NCBI GenBank assembly: GCA_016209245.1 | Contig: JACQWN010000247.1 | Location: 1-34,627, forward strand | Reading direction: 5' to 3' | Length of the DNA stretch: 34,627 bases | Source: Bacteroidia bacterium | Lineage (GTDB): Bacteria > Bacteroidota > Bacteroidia > Bacteroidales > BM523 | Part shown: piece by piece, positions 1 through 10,000 of the stretch | How positions within the stretch are numbered: the first letter of the stretch is position 1 | Layout: the number at the start of each line of letters is the position of its first letter | Position numbers and translations under genes: made by a program | The notes under the pieces: model-generated | Told to the model about the DNA's origin: nothing | The model's database searches: none | Seen by the model: the letters and a program-made list of their open reading frames with translations, nothing else

Positions 1-471
1 ATACAGGTTTCTGTTTATCCAAAACCCTTTTTTTATTGTGGTATCAAGTAAAATTTTAAAATTATGGATTAACCCTGTCTTATGTGCTTTTAATAATATT
101 CCAATGAACCCTGTTTTATTAATTTCATAGATTTCAGCAATCCTGCGTGCATCGGTTTCGTCAACAACTATCAGGTCTGCTTTTAACTCCAAAGCCAAAG
201 CAATGACTTCAGATTCGCCGTAATCTAAGTCTTTACGAAATGCTTTTACCAGATATTTGTCTTTTACTTCTTTGATATTAATAATTTTCCGTTCTATCAA
301 TTTATTTATTTCTTCAATTTCATCTTTATGCTTTGCATTAACTACAACCTCTTCATAAACTGCATTTGGAATAATTATTTTAGAATACAGTTTTTCAATA
401 AGATCTAACTTATCAATTTTTGACAAATTGATTAAAGGAGAGGAATTGAAAATAATTTTATGATTTGGCAT
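1..471 (-). CDS. PIN-like toxin of the DUF3368 family (type II TA toxin); C-terminal end runs off the left window edge
   Basis: Hand translation of the minus strand from the ATG at 471-469 gives an uninterrupted 157-codon frame down to position 1: MPNHKIIFNSSPLINLSKIDKLDLIEKLYSKIIIPNAVYEEV...DYGESEVIALALELKADLIVVDETDARRIA...GFIGILLKAHKTGLI.... The SSPLI, GE.E and DE..AR motifs are typical of DUF3368 PIN-like proteins. The ORF is absent from the ORF track because no stop lies inside the window. Its start overlaps the stop of the upstream UPF0175 gene by 14 nt. Confidence 0.8.
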   Translation of the reverse strand, partial: MPNHKIIFNSSPLINLSKIDKLDLIEKLYSKIIIPNAVYEEVVVNAKHKDEIEEINKLIERKIINIKEVKDKYLVKAFRKDLDYGESEVIALALELKADLIVVDETDARRIAEIYEINKTGFIGILLKAHKTGLIHNFKILLDTTIKKGFWINRNLY

Positions 472-709
472 ATTTCAAGTCCTCTTTATAACTTTCAAAA
501 TCATAGTGTCTTTCGATTTTTCGCTTCCCAAGTTCTTCATGAAACTCCCATTTTGTCATTCGTGCTAATTCGCGGGCTTTCCCAAGCGAAAGAATATTTT
601 TTTGATAAAGTATAAAACTTAATTCCCGAAGTAAAACAGCTTCTTTTTGAGGCTCGGGCAGGCAAATAGCTCTATAGATTGTTGAGGGTATTTTTAGATT
701 TAAATCCAT
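458..709 (-). CDS. UPF0175-family antitoxin (partner of the DUF3368 PIN-like toxin)
   Basis: 83-aa ORF from the track. The segment LSLGKARELARMTKWEFHEELGKRKI matches the conserved helix-turn-helix-like core of UPF0175 (PF03683-type) proteins. It sits immediately upstream of the PIN-like gene and overlaps it, the classic antitoxin-then-toxin order. Confidence 0.8.
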   Translation of the reverse strand: MDLNLKIPSTIYRAICLPEPQKEAVLLRELSFILYQKNILSLGKARELARMTKWEFHEELGKRKIERHYDFESYKEDLKYAKS

Positions 710-735
710 AATAAAAAGTATTTTATGATAATATG

Positions 736-766
736 CAAATTTAACTTATTTTAAAGAATATACAAA
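736..766 (-). promoter_or_regulatory. Candidate Bacteroidota-type promoter for the TA operon (-33 TTTG, -7 TAAATTTG)
   Basis: On the minus strand, TTTG (complement of 763-766) is followed by a 19-nt spacer and then TAAATTTG (complement of 736-743). This is an exact fit to the Bacteroides-type TTTG-N19-21-TAnnTTTG consensus. The -7 box ends 26 nt upstream of the ATG at 709. Confidence 0.45.
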
Positions 767-840
767 AAATTGTAACTATCGTCAGTAGAGATGACATCTT
801 TTTGCTATAAATCTTAACTCTATCTCAAATATCGTTATGT

Positions 841-1053
841 TCATTCATTTTTAAGCTTTTGATAATACTCTAGTAAAGCAACTTTTTCGCCCCAATCGTA
901 ATACTCTTTTTCAATTTCATACGAAAATCCATCAGGCATATTAACTGATTTTTAAAAATATTTGACAATTATAGTAATAATAATCCAATCTTCAATTACT
1001 ATCGCCCCTCTTTCGAGGCAACGCTTTGCCGCATGTTCGTGTACTTTAACCAT
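841..1053 (-). pseudogene. Possible decayed remnant of a DUF4258-like toxin gene (two short ORFs of 33 and 32 aa)
   Basis: The minus-strand ORF 952..1053 reads MVKVHEHAAKRCLERGAIVIEDW.... It resembles the N-terminal H-A-x-x-R-x-x-E-R-G-I motif of DUF4258 proteins but stops after 33 aa. A second 32-aa ORF follows at 841..939 (MPDGFSYEIEKEYYDWGEKVALLEYYQKLKNE). The call rests on motif resemblance only and is weak. Confidence 0.2.
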
Positions 1054-1064
1054 AAAAAATAAAT

Positions 1065-4000
1065 CTACCTGATAATCGTCACTGTTCCCGCATACGGCTC
1101 AAGGTCATTATGCAAATCAATAATATACATATATGGTCCAATAGGCAATTTACGTCCATTATATGTTCCATCCCATCTTTTACCATCATATTCACTGCCG
1201 GAGCCATCGGATTCGAATACTTTATCACCCCAGCGGTTAAATACCTGAATTGTAATCTGACGGTAAAGCTCAATATTCAGCAGTTCCCAATCATCATTAT
1301 AATTATCGTCATTCGGTGTAAAGGCGGTGGGAATAGTTAAACATTCCAGTTGAATATAACCGACTTCAATAGTGTCGAACATCGAACAATCGTATTCGTC
1401 TCTTACAGTTACATAATATTTACCAATAACAAGCTCAGTCGCAGGATTGGAAATTTGTCCGTCGCTCCAGTCAAAAGAATATTCTCCTGTTCCACCGGTG
1501 ATTGTCAGGTGAATTTCTCCGTCGTGATGGTCGCGGCAGGATGTTTTGACAACACTGTCTTCGATTACAATTAAAGGAGGCTGGCTGACGCTGATAAACA
1601 TTGTTGTATCGCAGTCCTTTGCATCGGTAATGGTTACATAGTATATTCCGGAACTAAGATTCATTGCAACAGAAGCGAATTGACCGTTTGACCATAAATA
1701 TTGATAGCTGCCATTGCCTCCGGCAGGATACATTTGTATTAATCCATCGTTGCCTCCATAACAGCTTACATTAATAATTGCGGGTATCCCCGGTTCGAGA
1801 TAAAGAGGTTCGGTTATGGTTACAGAAGAATTGGCTGGGCAGCCATTGGCATCCTGCATTAGAACCACATAACCGGCGGTGGTGGGAAGTAACAATGTAG
1901 CTGTATCCGACAGGACGTCAACTGATTGAAATACAATTGTATCTGAAGTATCTGCAAGTACAACAGTAAACGAATAATAAGGTACACCACCGGTTCCTTG
2001 CATAATCACTTGTCCGTCGCCTGCATCACGGCAACTGACAGGTACAGGTGTAGCGGATAAAGTAAGATTTAAAGGCGCCGGGACAATAATGATTGAAGCC
2101 GTACCAGTACATCCAATCGCATCCGTAATAGTCACAGAGTATGAACCCTCGATAAGGCTATCGGCTGTCTGTGTTGTTTGTCCGTCGTTCCATAAAAACG
2201 TAAAAGGCGGTATTCCTGCGGGCATATTAACTGTCGCTGAACCGAGTCCTCCGTGACAAAGTATCTGGTTTACGGGGTAGGGGATAACATTGTTTTGGCC
2301 CTGCGTGTTAACAGAGAACTCAAATGTTGCAGTGCAATTGTTTACATCTGTTATTGAAATATTATGATTGCCATAGTAAAGGTTATTAGCCACTGAATCG
2401 GTCTCACCGTTTGACCAGAGCCATGTATATGGCGCAGTTCCGCCGGTTATTTCATAAAATGTGGCCGAACCTGTGGAATCACCGCAGGCAGTCGGAACAG
2501 GCTCCGGAAACGACCAGCTTAGCTCTTCCGGTTGATAAATCAGCATTGAGTCAATTAATTTACATTTATAATAATCAGTTATCGTAACTTCATATTCGCC
2601 CGCTATTAAGCTGTCAATATCTTGAGTCGAATATCCATAATTCCATAGATAAGTGTAAAAAGGAGTTCCCCCTGTAACTGTGACGTCAATAGCTCCATCA
2701 TCGCCATTATAACAAGTTACATTTGTAACATTAAAGCTGAGCGCCAAAGGTTCTGTTGGCTGAGAAATAATTATAGAATCACATACAACCTGGCAATTAT
2801 TTACATCGGTTACAGTTGCTGTATATATGCCGGAAGAAACATTCATAATATCCTGAGAAGTATGCCCCGAATTCCATAAATATGTGTATGGGATAGTTCC
2901 GCCAAATACTGATAAATTAATACCTCCGGTCGAATCGCCGTAACATAAAGCATCGGTAACAACAATGGCTGCAAATAATGAATCGGGTTGAGTAAGAGAT
3001 ATTAAAGCAGTATCTGCACAGTTATTAACATCGGTAACTGTAAGCGAATAAGTACCAACAGGTAAATTTGTAATGACAGGCGTAGTGTCATTTGTTGACC
3101 ATAAATAATTAAATGGGAGATTACCTCCACCTACATCTGCTATGATTGTTCCATTATTCATTTCATAACATGTCAGGTCGGTCTTAACAAGTGAAATATG
3201 TGGTTTGCTGAAAATTGACATAGAAGTATCTAATATACAATCGTTTGCATCTGTAATTGTAACAATATAAAGGCCCGGTCCGATGCTATCAATATCTTCG
3301 GTTGTTTGACCGTAATTCCATAAGTAGTTATAATAAGGAATCGAATCGTTTTGTGTACCGCCTGAAACGGTTAGATTAATAAATGCTTCGTATTCAAAAT
3401 AACAATTAACCGAGGGTAAAACAATCGAAACAGACAGAGATGTATCGGGTTCGGTTAAGGTATCGCTTGCCATATCTGTACACCCATTGGCATCGGTAAC
3501 AGTAATCATATATATACCTGCTGTAACATTAGAAATAGACGAGGATGACTGACCGTTATTCCATGAATAAGAATAAGCCGGCCTTCCGCCCTGAACATAA
3601 GAAATATCAATTGAACCGGTTGATTCACCATAACAATTCACATCTTGTACTATAAGCTCGCCAATTTGTAGTTCCATAGGTTCTAAAAGTGTCACCGAAT
3701 CAACTTTAATGCAACCATTGGCATCGGTTACTGTAACTTTATAAAAACCGCCCGGTAAATTTGATACGGAAGTTGTAGTGTCGGGAGGGAAAGTATTCCA
3801 TAGATATGAATATGGTGTAACTCCTCCAAATACAACTAAATCCACAACTCCCGTACTATCGCCGTTACACAAAATTTCATTTGTCGTCATTATAGTAGTA
3901 ATAACAGGTGGTTGAGTAATAGCAACCGATGCCGTTGCCAGACAATAATTTGCATCAACGACAGTAACGGAATAATTATTACTGGCATTAATACTATCCA

Positions 4001-7000
4001 AATCTTCATCTGTTTGTCCGTAGTTCCAGTAATACATATAAGGCGATGTACCGCCTGTCACGGTCAATTCAATTGAACCGGTATAATTTCCATAACATAA
4101 AACATTCATTCCTGCGAGGCTTGCAGTTAATTCAGATAATGGCTGGTCGACTATAGCTATATCAATAATTGAACAATTATTAACATCTGTCACTGTAACA
4201 TAAAATGTATCAGCTGGCACATTATTTAAATCCTGGCTATTAAATCCGTTTGACCATTCGTAATAAAACGGCATAGTACCTCCGTTTACCGATAAATCAA
4301 TCATACCGGTTGAGCCTCCATAGCAATCAACATTATAAACAGTAACACCGGTAGTCAGAACACCAGGTTCGGTAATATTAGCAGAAGCTATTGCTGTGCA
4401 TCCGTTAGCATCGGTAACAGTAACTGAATAAATACCCGGAGGAATACCAAGCAAATCTTCTGAAGAAGAACTGTCAGACCATAAATAGGTAAATGGCGCA
4501 GTGCCGTCGCTGGTTTCTAAATCGGCTATTCCATCCGAACTCCCGTTACATGATACGTTGGTTTTTATTATATATGCAGTAAACCATGATGATGGCTGGG
4601 TAATAGTTACTGATGACGATGAAGTACATAAATAATCATCCGTAACGGTAACACCATATACCCCAGCCTGGACATTTGATAAATCTTCATTAGTATTTCC
4701 ATTCGACCATAAATAAGAATACGGGGAAGCGCCTCCTGAAACAACAATATCAGCAGCGCCGGTAGAATTATTAAAGCAGTCAATATTAGTAATATTGGAA
4801 AAAATACTAATACCTGTAGCAGGTTCGGTAATTGTAACCGTGTCTGTCACTGTGCAATTTTTAAAATCTGTCACAATAACATAGTAAATACCTTGTGGTA
4901 CTCCGTATAAACCAGGGTTAGTATTACCATTAGACCAATCGTAAGAATATGGCATAGTGCCGCCTGAAACGGTCAAATAGGCTGAACCGTCAGCTCCTCC
5001 CTGACAAGTTACGTCTGTGGCAGTGATGTTTGCAGTCAACAGTGGAGGTTCGTTTAAAGAAACAGCAGCAGTTGCAGTAATATTATTGGCATCAGTGACA
5101 GTGACAAAATAATTTCCGGCAGCCAGATTTGTCAAATCTTCGGTTGTATCTCCGGTTGACCAGAGAAAGGTATATGGTGGAGTGCCTCCGGAAAACGTAA
5201 GATTCGCTTCGCCTGTGCTTTCTCCATTACAGTTCACATTAGTGCCTGAAATGAAAGCCGAGATAGCTCCGGGTTCATTAATTGTTACGGAAGCTGCGGC
5301 AGTACACCCATTTGCATCTGTTACTATTACTGAATAAGTTCCTGCTGATAAGCTGTCAATATCTTCGGCGCTTTCGCCATTAGACCAGATAAATGTATAA
5401 GGTATAGTTCCATCCGATACTGTTAAATCTGCAGAACCATCATCACCACCAGGAGTAGTTACATCACTTCCTGTAATGCTTGCTGATAATGCCGCTCCCG
5501 GTTGTGTTATTGTAACAGAAGAAGTGGCCGTACATCCGTTTGCATCGGTAACAGTAACCGCATATACTCCTGCTGTAATACTGTTTAAATCCTGACCGAT
5601 TGAACCACCGGGCGACCATAAATAAGTATAAGGCGCTATACCTCCGCTCGGAGTTAGATCGGCACTTCCATTTGAGCCTCCGAAGCAACTTACACCGGTT
5701 CCAATTATTGTTGCTGTTACCGGTGCAGGTTCGGTTATAGAAACGGAAGCTGTAGCTGTACATCCGTTATTGTCGGTAACTGTTACATTATATGTGCCGA
5801 GCGGAATGCCGGTTATTGTTTGAGTATTAACTCCACCTGTCCATAAATAGTTATATCCGGGAGTACCTCCGGTTGGATTCGCAGTTGCCGATCCTGTTGA
5901 ATCTGAGGAACAAGCCACATTAATTTGTGAGGTAAGAACAGATAATGCAGCCGCAGGTTGGGTAATGGTGACACAAGCCGTTGTGGTACAAGAATTTGCA
6001 TCGGTAATTGTAACGCAATATGTTCCGGCCGACAGGTTGGATATAGTTTGTGTAGTTGGTCCGACATTCCATAAATAAGTGTACGGAGAAGTTCCGTCGG
6101 TAGGAGTTGCAGTTGCCGAACCTGTTGAATTTCCAAAACAAGCTACATTATTTTGTGATGTAGTTACTGCCAGCGCTGCGGAAGGTTGACCAATAGTTAT
6201 GGAACCTGTGCCGGTACACCCGTTTGCATCGGTAACAGTAACATTATAGATTCCGGCTGAAATATTTGTTAAATCCTGACTGGTTGAACCGCCTGGTAAC
6301 CATGAATAAGTATATGGTGCAGCGCCTCCGCCTGGTGTCAAATTGGCGATACCGGTTGAACCACCGAAACATGAAGCATCGGTGCCGGTAATTGTTGCTG
6401 TTACAGGATCAGGGTCTGTAATTGTAACCGATGTTGTGACTGTACATCCTTCAGCATCAGTTACTGTAACTCCATAAATACCGGCAGACAGATTTATTGC
6501 CATAGCATTAGCCTGGCCACCGGTCCAAAAATATGTGTATATTGGAGTTCCACCGTTAGCAGCGACAGTCGCAGAACCATTGGCGCCTCCGTCACAGGTC
6601 GCATTGGAAAATGATGTAATGCTTGCGTTCAAAACGGCCGGTTGTGTAATAAGCACTGTAGCATTAGCAGCGCAATTAAGAGCATCGGTAACCGTTACAG
6701 AAACATTTCCTGCACTTAATCCATTAACTGTATTTGTCAATAATGGATCATTCATACTGGATGCCCCTGTAGACCACTCATAATCATAAGGCGATGTGCC
6801 TGATGAAACAGTAACAGTTGCAGAACCGTCGCTGCCTCCATTGCAACTGACATTTGTACTGGAAGTAATAGTAGCGGCAGGGGCGCCTGCATCGCTAATA
6901 TTTGCAGTTATTGTTAATGTGCAGCTATTGTTGTCAGATACTGTCACCGTATATGCTCCCGCACTTAATCCGGATATATCCTGAGTTGTGGATCCGTTCG

Positions 7001-10000
7001 ACCAAAGATATGTATATGGAACGATACCACCCCCAACTGTTAGATCAATTGTTCCTGTCGCTCCTCCGCAAACAGAATTTGTGAAGGTTGATGATAATGT
7101 TATTGATGCAGGTTCATTAATAACCTGGCTATCTGTTGCGGTACATCCATTAAAATCGGTAACCGTAATATTATATGTTCCGTCACACAAATTGTTTGCA
7201 GTCGGAGTTGTTTGCAAATTACTCCATATATAGCTGTAAGGCGCGGTACCTCCGCTTGGAGTAACAGTGGCCGTACCGTTACATGTACCATTGCAGGTTG
7301 CATCAGTTCCCGTCGTTATAAGAGACAGAACCGCCGGCTGCGTAATTGTAACTGAAGTAGTTGCGGTACAGGAATTGGCATCTGTAACCGTCACATAATA
7401 CAAGCCGGCAGGTAGAGACGCAATGCCTTGCGTCTGTGCTCCTGTGCTCCATAGATATGAATAACCAGGTGTTCCGCCCGAAGGATTTACAGTGGCTGAA
7501 CCTGTCGAATTTCCATTACACAGCACATTGGTTTGTGACGTTGTAAGGCTTATTCCCGATGCAGGTTGAGTAATATTGATTGAAACAACATTAGAACATG
7601 CATTTGCATCGGTTATAGTAACAGAATAAGTTCCAGCAGTAATATTAGATAAATCTTGAGAAGTTGCACCGCCCGGGTTCCATAAATAAGTATAAGGAGG
7701 AATTCCTCCGGTTACGGTTAAATCGGTTGCGCCTGTTGCTGCACCATAACATAATACGTTTGTTCCTGTAAGAGTAGTATTCATTTTTGGAGGTTGAGTT
7801 ATAGTAATACATGTAGAAGCGGTACAGGAATTAGCATCAGTAACGGTAACACAGTATGTTCCTTCCGGTAATCCTGAAATATCCTGAGTTGTAACGCCTG
7901 TATTCCATAAATATGAATATGGTGAAGCGCCTCCTGAAACCGTCAAATCGGCGGATCCGTCGCTTAGCCCCTGACAGGTTACGTTTGTGGCGATTATGTT
8001 TGAAGATAATACTGTCGGTTGAGTGATAGTAACAGAAGCTGTTGTTGTAACAGAATTATTATCCGTAACAGTAACTGTATATGTTCCTGCAGTCAAACCG
8101 GAAATATCCTGTGAAGTGGCAGAATTTGACCACAAATATGTGTATGGCGCCACACCGCCGGAAACGCTTAAATCGGCAATACCATTATTACCTCCGTTGC
8201 AGGTAACATTTGTTCCGATAATAGTTGCTGTTAATGGTGAGCCGGGTTGTGTAATTGTTATGCATGCCGAAGTTGTGCATCCGTTAGCATCGGTAACAGT
8301 AACGCAATATGTTCCTGCGGGAATATTTGTTAAATCCTGAGATATCGCTCCCGTATTCCACAGATAAGTATATCCAGGTGTACCGCCCGAAGGTGTTAAA
8401 TTGGCAACTCCATCTGAACCGCCGAAAAATGTAACATTTGTGCCAACAATACTTGCTGAGACTGCAGAAGCCGGTTGTGTAACAGTTACGGAACCTGTCG
8501 AAGTACATCCGTTTGCATCGAATACTGTCACAAAATATGTACCTGCAGGGAGATTAGTTATTGTTTGAGATATTGCCCCTGTACTCCAGGAATAAGTATA
8601 ACCCGGTGTACCGCCTGCAGGATTTGCTGTTGCAGAGCCGGTTGAACCTCCGAAACAAGCAACATTTGTTTGTGTTATTGAAACTGATACGGCGGAAGCA
8701 GGTTGAGTAATAGTTACTGACGCTGTACCTGTGCAACCACCGGCATCGGTAACTGTTACAGTATAAGTTCCTGCCGGGCGATTCGTGATTGTTTGAGTAT
8801 TCGCTCCTGTATTCCATAAATATGAATAACCTGGTGTTCCACCTGAAGGATTTGCAGTTGCAGAACCATTTGAACCTCCAAAACAAGTAACATTTGTTTG
8901 TGTAGTAGTAACCGTTACTCCTGACGGAGGTTGAGTAATAGTAACGGAAGCCGTAGCGGTGCAACCACCGGCATCGGTAACTGTTACAGTATAAGTTCCT
9001 GCCGGACGATTAGTTATAGTTTGAGTATTTGCTCCTGTATTCCATAAATATGAATAACCGGGTGTACCGCCTGCAGGATTTGCAGTTGCAGAGCCGTTTG
9101 AACCACCGAAACAACTAACACTTGTTTGTGAAGCAGTAACCGATACTCCTGATGGAGGTTGAGTTATAGTAGCAGAAGCTGTAGCAGTACAGCCATTGGC
9201 ATCGGTAACTGTTACAGTATAGGTTCCTGCGGGGCGATTGGTGATAGTTTGAGTATTAGCCCCGGTATTCCATGAATATGAATATCCGCCTGCACCGCCT
9301 GAAGGATTTGCTGTAGCCGAGCCGGTTGATTGTCCGAAGCAGGCTACATTAGTCGTTGTTGTTGTAACCGATACTGCTGAGCCAGGTTGGGTAATTGTGG
9401 CTGAGACGGTAGCAGTACATCCTTTTGAATCGGTAATTGTAACAGTATATGTTCCTGCCGGGCGGTTAGAAAGATCTTGTGTAACAGCACCCGTGTTCCA
9501 TAAATAGGAATAGCCGGGAGTTCCTCCGGAAGGCGTTAAATCTATTGCACCTGTTGATTGCCCGAAGCACTGCACATTAGTAATGAGGGTTGAGCCGGAC
9601 AGGGCGGCGGCGGGCTGAGTGATTGTTGTCGAGGAGGTCGCTATACACCCATTAGCATCGGTAACGGTAACATTATAGGTGCCTGCAGGGCGATTGGAGA
9701 TATCCTGGGTAGATGCAGTGAACCCAAATGGGCCTGTCCACCAATAGCTATAGCCAGGAGTTCCGCCGGAAGGGGTCATATCAATTGCACCCGTGGATTG
9801 GCCGAAGCAATTTACATTAGTAATAACGGTAAAGGAAATAGAAGGAGAGCCAAAATTTCCAACTGTTCCGCTTGCTACTGAATTACAGCCGCTTCCATCA
9901 AATACTGTTACGGTATAAGTTCCCGGGGTTAAATTGTTTATACATTGAGTATTCTGTCCTGTATTCCATGAAAAAGTGTAAGGAGGCAATCCTGCATTAA

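Noticed and set aside
1017-1030. A small hairpin GGCAA-cgct-TTGCC downstream of gene 1, considered as a terminator.
   Set aside because: The stem is only 5 bp, there is no U-tract, and it lies inside the putative DUF4258-like remnant. The evidence is insufficient.
5464-8964. Minus-strand alternative-frame ORFs inside gene 1 (5464..5763, 5813..6136, 8284..8508, 8554..8964), rich in Y, R, C and N.
   Set aside because: They are out-of-frame readings of the same repeats and are fully nested in the real frame. The same kind of sequence appears as the frameshifted tail RFGYYYRTCF... in gene 2, which shows it is noise.
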